64,000 nucleotides of DNA from a bacterium BMS3Bbin03 (lineage in GTDB: Bacteria > Zhuqueibacterota > JdFR-76 > BMS3Abin05): contig BDTM01000128.1 in assembly GCA_002898015.1 (NCBI GenBank), forward strand, positions 74,418-138,417. The letters run 5' to 3'. The first letter of the stretch is position 1, and every line of letters begins with the position of its first letter. This document shows, one piece after another, positions 1-9,389 of the stretch. The translations under genes were made by a program, and so were the position numbers. The notes beneath the pieces are model-generated. The model had not been told where the DNA came from, did no database searches, and worked only from the letters and a program-made list of their open reading frames with translations.

Positions 1-173
1 GCGTAAATCTGCGGTGTGCGTTCGGCCAATTCAACGGCTTTCCGACTGCTCTCTTCATCGACAGAAGCCACGATAATTCTGTCCACGCCGGCTTCCACGG
101 CCCGATGCACCACCGCATCCAGGTCTTCATCGAATGCACTAAAATTTAAATGGCAATGGGAGTCAATGAACAT
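1..173 (-). CDS. TatD-family metal-dependent hydrolase, N-terminal fragment (gene continues beyond the window start)
   Basis: The reverse-strand translation from the ATG at 171-173 gives MFIDSHCHLNFSAFDEDLDAVVHRAVEAGVDRIIVASVDEE. The FIDSHCHL motif is the canonical TatD N-terminus. This start overlaps the metG stop by 1 nt. Confidence 0.6.
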   Translation of the reverse strand, partial: MFIDSHCHLNFSAFDEDLDAVVHRAVEAGVDRIIVASVDEESSRKAVELAERTPQIY

Positions 174-2275
174 TACTTGATTTTTGCTCCGGGTTCAATG
201 TCCCGGTCCACCGTCAGGATTGAGAGGTAATCACCCGAGGAGGCCGCCAGCAGCATCCCATTGGACTCCACGCTCCGAATCACGGCCGGCTCTAAATTTG
301 CCACTACGATGATTGTTTTCCCGACCAGCGTTTCCGGCGGGTAGGCTTTTGCAATGCCGGCCACAATCTGACGCGTTTCCGTGCCCAGATCGACTTGCAT
401 TTTCACCAGGCGGTCGGTCCCTTCTACGGGTTCCGCCGCCAGAATTTTTGCCGTGCGAAGATCTATTTTTTTAAATACATCGATCGAGAGTTTATCCATC
501 GTTTTATCCTTTCCGGCTTTTAGATCAGCCGTTTTTTGTGCGTCGGGTCGAATCTCCGGTTTCTTTTCGGGTTGAGGAGACGTTTGGCCGGCGGCAATAG
601 CTGCCAGGCGGGCGGATTCCCGCTCGATCACGGAATCTTCAATTTTTTTGAAAAGGATGGAGCTGTTTCCCAGACGATGTCCCGGGCGAAGGGACAATCT
701 TGCCGCACTGCGCCATTCCTGATCCTGAACCGTTCCGGACAGGTTTAACATCCGCCAGATTTTTTCCGCCGAAAACGGAATAATCGGATACCATAGAATG
801 GCCAGAGCGCGGCCGAGTTCCAGACACAAATAGAGCGTGGTTTTGCATTTTTCCGTATTATTATTTCGCGTTTTCCAGGGTTCCTGATCGTTAAAATATT
901 TATTTGCAAAACGGGAAAATTCCATCAGATCCCGAGTAGCGGCACGCACCTCGTAGTTCTCAAATAACCGGCCGATTTTTTCAGGAGCTTTCATTAAAAA
1001 TTTAACGAGCTCCTCATCGAGCGGATCAAATGCGCCCGGCGCCGGCACCCGGCCCTCGAAATAGCGTTCCACAAATGAAAGGGTCCGGTTAATAAAATTT
1101 CCCAAAATATCGGCAAGCTCATTGTTGTTTCGGCTCTGAAAATCCTTCCATGAAAAATCAGAGTCCTTCGATTCGGGCGCATTGGCTGCCAGCGTGTACC
1201 GAAGCGGATCCGGCGGGAATTTCCTGAGGTAGTCATCCAGCCAGACGGCGTAATTTTTACTGGTGGAGAGTTTGCGTCCCTCCAGATTGAGGAATTCATT
1301 CGCCGGAATATCCGTTGGCAGAATGTACTCGCCCCGCCCCATAAGCATCGCCGGCCAGACGATGGCGTGAAACACGATGTTATCCTTCCCAATGAAATGC
1401 ACCAATTTGGTTTTGGGGTCGAGCCAGTAATCCTTCCACCGGTCGGGCTGTCCCATTTTTAGGGCCCATTCTTTTGTGGAAGAAATGTACCCGATCGGCG
1501 CTTCAAACCAGACATACAACACCTTACCGCCATGGTTTTTTAACGGCACAGGAACGCCCCAGTCCAGGTCCCGTGTGACTGCCCGGTCTTCCAGCCCTTC
1601 CTGAAACCAGCCGCGGCAGAAGTTTTTAACATTGTCCCGCCAGTTCTTTTTTGAATCGATCCAGGCGCTAATCTGGTCCTGAAAACGCGCCAGAGGCAAG
1701 AACCATTGGGTAGTCTGTTTTAGAATGGGCTGGGTGCCGCAGACGGCGCATTTCGGCTCGATGAGCTGCGTGGGTTCCAGCCACTTGCCGCACTTTTCAC
1801 ACTGATCCCCCCGGGCGTCCGGATTGCCGCAGGTGGGGCAGGTTCCCACCACGTAGCGATCCGCCAGAAACCGCCTGCATTGGATGCAGTAAAATTGCTC
1901 ACTGGTGTGTGTGAGCAAAAGTTTTTTCCGGTACAATCGAAGAAAAAATTCCTGCGAAGTCCGGTGGTGTGTTTTCAGCGAAGTTCGCGAAAAATTGTCA
2001 AAATGAATCCCGAATCCTTCAAAAGAAACTTTATGATTGACATAGTAATAATCCACAATTTCCTGCGGGGTGGTATGCTTTTTTTCGGCGGCAATAGTAA
2101 TGGGAACGCCGTGCTCATCTGTTCCGCAGATAAAAATAACATCGTTTTTCATTAACTTCTGATAGCGCACATAAATATCTGCGGGCAAATAGGCACCCGC
2201 CAGATGCCCCAGATGAATCGGACCATTTGCATAAGGAAGTGCGCTGGTCACCAGGATCTTTTTCGTTTCACTCAT
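173..2275 (-). CDS. metG: Methionyl-tRNA synthetase
   Basis: 700-aa ORF with an N-terminal HIGH-type motif (PYANGPIHLGHLAG), a KMSKS-region equivalent, Cys-rich zinc knuckles (CPTCG, CEKCG) and a C-terminal EMAP/tRNA-binding domain. The start overlaps the upstream gene stop (ATGA). Confidence 0.95.
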   Translation of the reverse strand: MSETKKILVTSALPYANGPIHLGHLAGAYLPADIYVRYQKLMKNDVIFICGTDEHGVPITIAAEKKHTTPQEIVDYYYVNHKVSFEGFGIHFDNFSRTSLKTHHRTSQEFFLRLYRKKLLLTHTSEQFYCIQCRRFLADRYVVGTCPTCGNPDARGDQCEKCGKWLEPTQLIEPKCAVCGTQPILKQTTQWFLPLARFQDQISAWIDSKKNWRDNVKNFCRGWFQEGLEDRAVTRDLDWGVPVPLKNHGGKVLYVWFEAPIGYISSTKEWALKMGQPDRWKDYWLDPKTKLVHFIGKDNIVFHAIVWPAMLMGRGEYILPTDIPANEFLNLEGRKLSTSKNYAVWLDDYLRKFPPDPLRYTLAANAPESKDSDFSWKDFQSRNNNELADILGNFINRTLSFVERYFEGRVPAPGAFDPLDEELVKFLMKAPEKIGRLFENYEVRAATRDLMEFSRFANKYFNDQEPWKTRNNNTEKCKTTLYLCLELGRALAILWYPIIPFSAEKIWRMLNLSGTVQDQEWRSAARLSLRPGHRLGNSSILFKKIEDSVIERESARLAAIAAGQTSPQPEKKPEIRPDAQKTADLKAGKDKTMDKLSIDVFKKIDLRTAKILAAEPVEGTDRLVKMQVDLGTETRQIVAGIAKAYPPETLVGKTIIVVANLEPAVIRSVESNGMLLAASSGDYLSILTVDRDIEPGAKIK

Positions 2276-3111
2276 AAAATCGCCTTTTCCGTTCTTTTTT
2301 CCTGAAGCAGCAGATTCGAAATCTCATCCAGACTGTAGCGAACGGTGCCTTCACCATTTATTCTTAAGTAAACTTCTTCCTTTAAAATGTCAATCCTTTC
2401 GACGACTCCCAAACCATCCGGAATTTGAATTCGGCTCCCCACGTCCGGAAAGCGCTGATTGGACTCCTGATAAAACTCCCGCTCAAAACGCAGGCAGCAT
2501 TTTAAGCGCCCGCAAACGCCGGAAAGCTTTGTGGGATTCAACGGAAGATTTTGTTCTTTGGCAAACTGCGTGGTCACCGGATCGAATTCGTGCAAAAAAC
2601 TGGTGCAGCAGAGCTGACGGCCGCACGGCCCATAACCTCCCAGACGTCTCGCTTCATCCCGCACGCCAATTTGCCGAAGTTCGATGCGGGTCCGGTAGAT
2701 CGCCGCCAGGTCTTTCACCAGCTCCCGAAAATCAACCCGTCTTTCCGCCGTGAAATAAAAGGTCAGCTTGTTGCGGTCAAATTGGTATTCCACATCAACG
2801 AGCTTCATGATGAGCCGGTGTTCTAAAATCTTTTCCTTGCAAACTTCAAACGCATCTTTTTCGAGGGCACGATTTTCATTGTACCAATCCAGATCTTCCT
2901 TGTTCGGCTTGCGAAGAATTTTCCGGAGGCCGGCTTCGTCATCAATGCCCTTCAGAAACGCCAAAATCCCTACTTGAAGAATAATTCCGAGATCTTCTCC
3001 GCGGTCGGCTTCAACAATGGCATAATCACCCACACGAAATGGAAACTGAAGCGGATTGCTGCAATATTCCTTGCGATTCCCAATAAATCCAATTTCGAGA
3101 ACTTGATTCAT
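2272..3111 (-). CDS. PSP1 C-terminal domain protein (YaaT/RicT-like)
   Basis: 279 aa with Cys-rich motifs (GPCGRQLCC, CGRLKCCLRFE) typical of the PSP1/YaaT family. Conserved placement next to holB, as in Firmicutes. Confidence 0.8.
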   Translation of the reverse strand: MNQVLEIGFIGNRKEYCSNPLQFPFRVGDYAIVEADRGEDLGIILQVGILAFLKGIDDEAGLRKILRKPNKEDLDWYNENRALEKDAFEVCKEKILEHRLIMKLVDVEYQFDRNKLTFYFTAERRVDFRELVKDLAAIYRTRIELRQIGVRDEARRLGGYGPCGRQLCCTSFLHEFDPVTTQFAKEQNLPLNPTKLSGVCGRLKCCLRFEREFYQESNQRFPDVGSRIQIPDGLGVVERIDILKEEVYLRINGEGTVRYSLDEISNLLLQEKRTEKAIL

Positions 3112-3123
3112 CTATTTTTCCTC

Positions 3124-4218
3124 TCATGCCACGCGTTCCTGAAGATTCCGGAAAATTGTCATAAAATCAATTAAAATCAAATTAATATAAATATTTTTGT
3201 CTACTAAATCAACAAGTAATTCTGTCTTTGCGATTGCCTGTTCCACGTCTTGATCTTCCAGTAAAAGGGCTAATTTTTGAATATCATTCAACCGGTCGAA
3301 GTTTGTGAGTACCGCCTCCCAGTCGGGATGGCCGAAGCGCAGTTCGTGAAAGAAAAAAACATCCCGAAACCAGAGAAGCGCCAGGGACAAAAAATCTCTG
3401 ATCATCGACTTGTTTTTGCCGGAAGTCAGCGTTTCAATGAATGCAAATTGCTCAAGATAATCTCCGGAGACACCGGTCACAATGGCCTGAAAGGCCATAT
3501 TCCGCAAGGCCTGATGATCCTCCTGCAGCAAGATCATTGCCTTTCGAAAATTACCGCCGGCCAATCGGGACACAATGGTGGCCTGAATTTTTTCGGTGCC
3601 CCGTTTGATGAGTTCGTCCCGAATTTCATCCGCCTTCAAAGGCGAGAATTTGATGACCTGACATCGGGAGACAATTGTCGGCAGAAGCCGGTCTATTTGG
3701 GACGTGGTCAAAATAAACATCGTTTTTTCAGGCGGCTCTTCCAGCAGTTTTAAAATGGAATTGGCTGCCTGTTCGGTCATCCGGTCCGCTTCGGAAATGA
3801 TGATTACCCGGTGCTTTACGTTGAAAATTTTAAGGGAAAGAAATTGCTTCAATTCTCGCGTACTATCAATTAAAATTTTTGCCAGCGAATTTTTTGCCAG
3901 GGGGATGTACGGATCCTTTGCTTTGATTTGAAATCTTCCGGCGGACTCCTTTTCCAGATTTTTCTTGGAACCCGCGTACAGAATGCGCAGATCGGGATGG
4001 GTGAGCGCCCCAATTTGCCGGCAATTCGTGCAGACATCACAGGGAACCCGGGTCTCATCCAGACAGTTAATGGCCTTGGCAAATTCGATTGCCATGGCAT
4101 CCTTGCCGCCCCCCTCCGGGCCGTAAAAAATGTACGTCTTTGACAATCGCCCATTGGTTATGATTTTTTGGAGTGTATCTTTTATGGGTGCCTGCCCGAT
4201 AATGCGGTCAAAGCTCAT
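3124..4218 (-). CDS. holB: DNA polymerase III subunit delta' (AAA+ clamp-loader subunit)
   Basis: Walker A-like YIFYGPEGGGK and an SRC/zinc-module region (CDVCTNCRQI). The ORF track starts at 4284, but the internal Met (MSFDRIIGQAPIK) at 4218 matches typical HolB N-termini and removes the 55-nt overlap with the upstream M23 gene. Confidence 0.8.
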   Translation of the reverse strand: MSFDRIIGQAPIKDTLQKIITNGRLSKTYIFYGPEGGGKDAMAIEFAKAINCLDETRVPCDVCTNCRQIGALTHPDLRILYAGSKKNLEKESAGRFQIKAKDPYIPLAKNSLAKILIDSTRELKQFLSLKIFNVKHRVIIISEADRMTEQAANSILKLLEEPPEKTMFILTTSQIDRLLPTIVSRCQVIKFSPLKADEIRDELIKRGTEKIQATIVSRLAGGNFRKAMILLQEDHQALRNMAFQAIVTGVSGDYLEQFAFIETLTSGKNKSMIRDFLSLALLWFRDVFFFHELRFGHPDWEAVLTNFDRLNDIQKLALLLEDQDVEQAIAKTELLVDLVDKNIYINLILIDFMTIFRNLQERVA

Positions 4219-4229
4219 GGCGGTCCTTT

Positions 4230-5429
4230 CTACCCCCGGCGTTTCAGCCAGATTTCGGGATTGATGATTTTTGTGTTTTTCCATATTTCAAAATGCAGCA
4301 TGGCACCGGTCAGAGAACCGGAGTTGCCCACTTTCCCGATTTCCTCGCCCCGGCGCACCTTTTGCCCTGGAACAACCGATATTTCGGACAGATGGGCATA
4401 AACCGTGTAGTACCCGCCGTAGTGGTCAATGATCAAGATGTTCCCCCGGCTCCTCTGCCAGGTAATGGCCGTCACCACGCCGGCGGCGGCCGAACGGACA
4501 GGCGTGCCGAAAGGGGCTTTGATGTCGATTCCGATATTTTCCTGAATGGTGTTGAGCTTTTTGTTTTTTACTCTTCCGTAGTGATTGATAATTCTTCCCC
4601 GCGTTGGCCAGGGAAGCCTGCCCTTAAGTGCGGCAAAACGGCTCACTTCCGTCCGCCGGTTTGCCGTCGCCGTCCGTGTTCTCTCGTTTAATCGAATGAG
4701 TCTTTTAATGGCGGCTTCCGCCTCTTTGTACTCTTTTATTTTTTGTGCATAAATTTTCTTATTGTTCCGAATTTTTGCCAGCAGCTTTTTGCGTCTGCGC
4801 CTCTGGATGGAAAGATTTCTCCGTTCTCTCTTCTTCTCCGCAATTAAAAGTTTTTGTCTTTCCCAGCTTTTTCGAAGACGATTGGTCTGACCGGCAATTT
4901 TCAGCTTTTGTATTTTAAGCGTTTCGATGCGGCGCTTATCGGCGTCCATGATTCGCTTTCTGTATTTCAGCCAAACAAGCGCCTGGTTGATCGATTTCGC
5001 AGAAAGAAGAACTTCCAGATCAAGAAGCGGCCCCTCTTTATAATAGCGCACAACCCGCCGCGTGTAATCCCGTTTAAGCGTCTGATAATCGGCTGTTAAT
5101 TTCAGCAGTTCCCGGTTCTGCTTGAAAATCTGATTTCTCTGGCGGGTCTCTTCAACCGAAAGTCTTTGCAGGAGGGTGTGAATGAGATCGATTTCCCGTT
5201 CCGTACGGCCTAATTTTTCAAGGGTCGACGCTTCCTTTTTCTTCGAGGTTTGATATTTCTTCCGGTATTTGTGAATTTCCTGCCGAATGGAAGTCAATTT
5301 TTTTTGCTGCGGCTTCGAAGAAGCTGACTGGGCAAAGGCGCGTTTTGTGCTCAGACTTCCGGAAAACAAGACCCCAAGAAGAAAAAAAGCGAGAAAAAAT
5401 TTGGCAATTTTTTGTTTATAAAAACACAT
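4230..5429 (-). CDS. Coiled-coil peptidase M23 family protein (EnvC-like murein hydrolase activator)
   Basis: Signal peptide, about 250 aa of Lys/Arg/Glu-rich coiled coil, and a C-terminal LytM/M23 domain (GNILIIDHYGGYYTVYAHL...GAMLHFEIW). The HxH motif reads MLH, so it may be partially degenerate, as in E. coli EnvC. Confidence 0.75.
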   Translation of the reverse strand: MCFYKQKIAKFFLAFFLLGVLFSGSLSTKRAFAQSASSKPQQKKLTSIRQEIHKYRKKYQTSKKKEASTLEKLGRTEREIDLIHTLLQRLSVEETRQRNQIFKQNRELLKLTADYQTLKRDYTRRVVRYYKEGPLLDLEVLLSAKSINQALVWLKYRKRIMDADKRRIETLKIQKLKIAGQTNRLRKSWERQKLLIAEKKRERRNLSIQRRRRKKLLAKIRNNKKIYAQKIKEYKEAEAAIKRLIRLNERTRTATANRRTEVSRFAALKGRLPWPTRGRIINHYGRVKNKKLNTIQENIGIDIKAPFGTPVRSAAAGVVTAITWQRSRGNILIIDHYGGYYTVYAHLSEISVVPGQKVRRGEEIGKVGNSGSLTGAMLHFEIWKNTKIINPEIWLKRRG

Positions 5430-5498
5430 TGGTTAAAAATTAATAGAAAAAGGCGCCGAAATCAACCCTAAAGAGAACAAAAAACTTAAAAATTTTAC

Positions 5499-5527
5499 TT
5501 GACATAATGCTATTTTTTTTGTAAAAT
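5499..5527 (+). promoter_or_regulatory. Sigma70-type promoter, TTGACA-17-TAAAAT
   Basis: Exact consensus -35 (5499-5504), 17-nt spacer and TAAAAT -10 (5522-5527). About 58 nt upstream of the ATG at 5586, which is preceded by an AGGAGGG Shine-Dalgarno site. Confidence 0.6.
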
Positions 5528-5585
5528 TAAGGCAATTAGAATCACATTTTTAGGGATTGCTGATTAAATAAGGCAAGGAGGGAAG

Positions 5586-6776
5586 ATGGTTAAACTGCAT
5601 TTTGACTACAGGGATTTGTTCCGGTCCGCACGGTTGGCATTCAGCATCCAGCGCGTGTGGATTAATTTTATCGGTTTATTTTTTGGGTTCTTGCTGTATG
5701 ATGTGTTGACGTACGTCAGTTTTCTCACGGCCAGCCAGGGATTTATTCCCATGTGGGAACGCTTTGGCCTGTTTCCCTGCCTGTTCGGCATCGGGGGGCC
5801 ATGGTACAGCTGGGTCATTTATGCGATCGGCGTTTTGCTCCTGATTGCCATTGTTTTGCTGACAAACACGGCGGTCTCCCGCGCGGTTTACATGAATTTA
5901 AAGGGAGAGACTTTTTACACCTGGAAGGAAGCGTTCGGGTTTTCTCTCAAGCGCTGGGGATCGGTACTGGCTGCCCCTACGGCCATTATCGGAATTATTG
6001 TTTTCTTCGGCGTCGGCGCCATCATCATGGGCTTGTTGGGCCGTATCCCCTACGTCGGTGAATTGGGAACCGGTCTAATGACCCTCTTCTATATGAGCTC
6101 CTCGCTTTTTGTGTTTTTCCTGATTTTGGTTTTATTCGTCGCTTTCCTTTTTGTCCCTTCTATTATCGCCACAACCGATGAAGATGCGTTTGAAGCCGTT
6201 TTTCAATCATTCTCAATTTCGACCGGACAACCCTGGCGAATCATTGCGTACGGAGTGGTGGTGGCGGCAATCGAGATTCTGGGATTTGTGATCCTCGCTT
6301 GGGCTGTAAAAGAGGCTTTCCTGATATTTAACTTTCTCTTCTTAATTGGAATGGGCGACAAATTTTCCGATTTAATGAACAACGGAATGGCTCTTATTCA
6401 GGGATGGGTTTACCCGACATTAAACTGGATTCAATACGCTTTTGGCGATATGTCACGCTACTTCTATTTTGCGCGTGATTTCGTGCCGAAAGAATTGTCC
6501 GCCGTCATGCAAATTTCCGCCTGGTTCTTTGCCGTCCTGATGGGGGTTGTGGGCGGATTGATTGTTTCTTATGCAGAAGCGATCGGCAACTCCGGCTTGA
6601 CTCTGGTGTACCTGATTATGCGGAAACATCAGGATGATGAAAATCTCTTAGAAAGAAAAGAAGAAGAAGAGGAAGAAGAATCTTCCGAAGAAGAAAAAAC
6701 AGAAGAAACCCCTAAAGACGAGAAAACGGAAGAAAAAGGTGAATCTTCCGATTCCGAAGAGAAAAAAAGCGAATAA
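5586..6776 (+). CDS. Multi-pass membrane protein of unknown function with an acidic Glu/Ser-rich C-terminal tail
   Basis: 396 aa with 8 or more hydrophobic helices. The last roughly 50 residues are low-complexity (EEEEEEESSEEEKTEETPKDEKTEEKGESSDSEEKKSE). Strong promoter and RBS upstream. No recognisable family motif. Confidence 0.55.
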   Translation: MVKLHFDYRDLFRSARLAFSIQRVWINFIGLFFGFLLYDVLTYVSFLTASQGFIPMWERFGLFPCLFGIGGPWYSWVIYAIGVLLLIAIVLLTNTAVSRAVYMNLKGETFYTWKEAFGFSLKRWGSVLAAPTAIIGIIVFFGVGAIIMGLLGRIPYVGELGTGLMTLFYMSSSLFVFFLILVLFVAFLFVPSIIATTDEDAFEAVFQSFSISTGQPWRIIAYGVVVAAIEILGFVILAWAVKEAFLIFNFLFLIGMGDKFSDLMNNGMALIQGWVYPTLNWIQYAFGDMSRYFYFARDFVPKELSAVMQISAWFFAVLMGVVGGLIVSYAEAIGNSGLTLVYLIMRKHQDDENLLERKEEEEEEESSEEEKTEETPKDEKTEEKGESSDSEEKKSE

Positions 6777-6808
6777 ATAGTTTTTTTTAATCATCAAAGT
6801 TTTACCAG

Positions 6809-6843
6809 GGCGTTGGCAAGGTTTTCTGTTGACGCCTTTTTTA
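6809..6843 (+). terminator. Weak candidate intrinsic terminator
   Basis: GGCGT...ACGCC stem (5 bp, 18-nt loop) followed by a TTTTTTATTT run, directly after the 5586-6776 gene. Confidence 0.25.
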
Positions 6844-6907
6844 TTTCTTTACGGTTATTTTTTTATCGCAGTTTTGCAGTGATGGGTCTTATGAAGAGAA
6901 GCGGGAA

Positions 6908-8047
6908 ATGAAGCCTTTACAATACACCTATTCCGGAAATTTGAGTCTACAGGATCTTCTGGGTGAAAATATTCTTTACCGGGATTTGAATCCGGTTTCG
7001 GAGCACTACCCGTCTTTTCAAATGCTCCGCCGGAAATTGGGCATTCAACAGGCGTTTCCCCCGAGAAAAAACTCGCCTCAATACGTCGAAATCATTCTGG
7101 AATATTTGCGTCTCTCACAACCGGAGCCGTTTGATCAACTTCTTTTTTTCGGAGACACGCCCGGGTACGACGGCGCTTTGATTCGCAATTTATCGAAAAT
7201 AAATGATCTGCGAGTCTTCGGATTTATCGGAAAAGAAGCCCTTTCTGAAGCACCCGCGCTCGCGGACCACACCCCCATCTTTTTATCGAATCGATGGAAT
7301 TTGATTCCTGCGTTTTTAGGTCTCATTCAAAAAAAAGGCTTTCACAGGGACAGGCCGACCGCGGTGATCTTCGATATGGATAAAACCCTTATCGGGGCTC
7401 GCGGCAGGAATGATGCGGTTATTGATGAAGCCCGAATGGAGGGCGTCAAAAAACTCATTCAAAAAACACTGCAGGAAGAATGGGACAAGGCACATTTTTT
7501 TTTAATCTACAACACCTTTAATCAGGCCCGCTATCATTTCCTGACCGAAGACAACCAGGACTACCTGGCTTTTGTCTGTCTCATGATCCTTGCCAATGTT
7601 TGGCGTTTTGAAGAACTTTTGGACTTTTTCATTCAGAAGAAAATCACCACGTTTCAGGCGTTTTTGGATCAAACCGCCGCACGTTTACAAACACATATGT
7701 CACCCGCCGTTCAGGATTATTTTGAAGAGGTCTTTCCGGCTGTTTCAAGGGGCGATCCGACGCCATTTGTGTCCTTTAGGCGAATGGAATATCTGGCCAC
7801 TATTGAAAGAATCGATTCGGGTTTGAACCGTGATCCCGAAGAAATTCTGCGGTCTGAAATTACGCTGACTCAAGAGTTGGTCGATCTGATCACATTTTTG
7901 AAGGACAAAAACTTCGGGCCAATCTGGTGTATCTCCGACAAACCGCCGCAAAGCACTTTCCCCACCGAAAGCCTGGAAAAACAGGGTTACATTGCCCTGC
8001 ACAAGAAACCGATGAAAGTGGTCGGTCTTTCGTTGAAAAACCTTTGA
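6908..8047 (+). CDS. Hypothetical protein with a HAD-like motif I (DxDxT)
   Basis: 379 aa. It contains AVIFDMDKTLIGARG, which resembles HAD-superfamily motif I. The rest is not recognisable. Confidence 0.45.
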   Translation: MKPLQYTYSGNLSLQDLLGENILYRDLNPVSEHYPSFQMLRRKLGIQQAFPPRKNSPQYVEIILEYLRLSQPEPFDQLLFFGDTPGYDGALIRNLSKINDLRVFGFIGKEALSEAPALADHTPIFLSNRWNLIPAFLGLIQKKGFHRDRPTAVIFDMDKTLIGARGRNDAVIDEARMEGVKKLIQKTLQEEWDKAHFFLIYNTFNQARYHFLTEDNQDYLAFVCLMILANVWRFEELLDFFIQKKITTFQAFLDQTAARLQTHMSPAVQDYFEEVFPAVSRGDPTPFVSFRRMEYLATIERIDSGLNRDPEEILRSEITLTQELVDLITFLKDKNFGPIWCISDKPPQSTFPTESLEKQGYIALHKKPMKVVGLSLKNL

Positions 8048-8102
8048 GGGACTTAAACCCGCAAAGGTCCGGATTGAACGGACCGGCCGCCCCAATTTTG
8101 TG

Positions 8103-8131
8103 TTGACAATTTCTTTAAAAAAGGTTAAAAT
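8103..8131 (+). promoter_or_regulatory. Sigma70-type promoter, TTGACA-17-TAAAAT
   Basis: Exact consensus hexamers with a 17-nt spacer, about 58 nt upstream of the ATG at 8190 (RBS AAAGGAG). It is preceded by a GGTCCG/CGGACC hairpin at 8066-8084. Confidence 0.6.
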
Positions 8132-8189
8132 ATATTGAGCCAAATTTAAAATGGTGGTGTGTGGGTCTTTAAAAAGAAAGGAGTGAGCC

Positions 8190-9350
8190 ATGATTACAAT
8201 CGAACTGGTGGAGGAGTTATTGGCGCTTAAAACCGATCCCTTTCTTATCAGCAGTTTGTATTTAAATGTCAATGAAAAGCGGTTCTCAAGAAAAGATTAT
8301 AAAATCCAATTAAAAGATCTGATAAAAAAACGCCGTCAGGATATTAAAAATATAGATTTCGATGAAGAAATCAAAACCTCGCTCGAGGAGGATTTCAAGA
8401 AAATGCTGCATTATGTGGATCAGGAGTTTTCAGGGCGCGGCGTCCGCAGTCTGGTGATTCTTTCTTCATCGAAAAAGAATTTCTGGCAGGTTTATCACCT
8501 GCCGCAGCCGGTAAAAAGCCGGCTGCTGATCAGCAGTGAACCTTATGTCCGTCCACTGATCGCGCTTCTGGATGAATATAAACGCTATTGTTCTGTGGTC
8601 ATCAGCCGCGATAAAGCACGGATTTTTGAAGTTTATCTGGGTGAAATTACGGAACACACGGAAATTATTAATCAGGTGCCCGGTAAAATACGAATTGCAG
8701 GCTGGTATGGTCTGGAAGAACGGCGAATCGAACGGCATATCGAAGATAAAGTCCATCATCATTTTAAAGAAATCGCAGATGCCACACTTAACTTATTTAA
8801 GAAAAAGGGGTTTGACTGGCTTATTCTCGGCGGGAAAAAGGAGAACCTGACCAGTTTTGAAAGTCATTTGCACACGTATTTACGCGATCGAATTGTGGGA
8901 AGAATCGATTTGGAGCCGGACACATCTCTTCACGATGCCCTCATGAAAACAAGGGAGGTGGCCCTGCGGGTGGAACGGGAAGAGGAAGAACAACTGATTC
9001 GCCGGTTATTGAATGAGGCCAATTCAAATGGCCTCGGGGTAATTGGAATAGAAGACACCTTGAAAGCGATCTGGCAAGGGCAGGTCAACACGTTAATTTT
9101 AAAAGATGATCTTGCCGTACCCGGAAGTATTTGCCCCACATGCGGCTACATGAGTACTGAAGAATCGGAGTGCCCGCACGACAGCATTCCGATGGACTTT
9201 ACACCGGATGTTCTGGAAGAGGCCATCGAATCGGCCATCATCCAAAACTGCCGGATTGAACACATCACGGAATCACAAGAATTGGACAATGTAGGTGGAA
9301 TTGGTGCCATCCTGCGGTTTAAAATTAATCGTACGGGTCTCAACTTCTAA
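8190..9350 (+). CDS. eRF1/Pelota-like protein (bacterial eRF1 paralogue, GGQ replaced by AGW) with a zinc ribbon
   Basis: Domains 2 and 3 align clearly with eukaryotic/archaeal eRF1. [38 protein letters not shown] corresponds to VPGKIRIAGWYGLEERRIERHIEDKVHHHFKEIADATLNLF. GVEDTLKALEMGAVEILIV corresponds to GIEDTLKAIWQGQVNTLIL. The C-terminal GFGGIGGILRY corresponds to GGIGAILRF. There is a CPTCG...ECPHD zinc-ribbon insertion. Confidence 0.6.
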   Translation: MITIELVEELLALKTDPFLISSLYLNVNEKRFSRKDYKIQLKDLIKKRRQDIKNIDFDEEIKTSLEEDFKKMLHYVDQEFSGRGVRSLVILSSSKKNFWQVYHLPQPVKSRLLISSEPYVRPLIALLDEYKRYCSVVISRDKARIFEVYLGEITEHTEIINQVPGKIRIAGWYGLEERRIERHIEDKVHHHFKEIADATLNLFKKKGFDWLILGGKKENLTSFESHLHTYLRDRIVGRIDLEPDTSLHDALMKTREVALRVEREEEEQLIRRLLNEANSNGLGVIGIEDTLKAIWQGQVNTLILKDDLAVPGSICPTCGYMSTEESECPHDSIPMDFTPDVLEEAIESAIIQNCRIEHITESQELDNVGGIGAILRFKINRTGLNF

Positions 9351-9389
9351 GTTTCCGGAGCCGCCCCGAGAAATAAGGGCGGCCCGTCT

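Noticed and set aside
381-2155. Several 60-130-aa ORFs on both strands inside metG (381-575, 536-748, 639-848, 994-1392, 1720-1902, 1880-2155).
   Set aside because: They are embedded in or antisense to a well-supported 700-aa MetRS gene. They are low-complexity Arg/Ser/Gly-rich translations typical of out-of-frame reading.
8041-8090. Hairpin GGTCCG-N7-CGGACC after the 6908-8047 gene, considered as a terminator.
   Set aside because: It is followed by GC-rich sequence rather than a U-run, so it is probably not an intrinsic terminator. It may be structural or regulatory for the downstream promoter.
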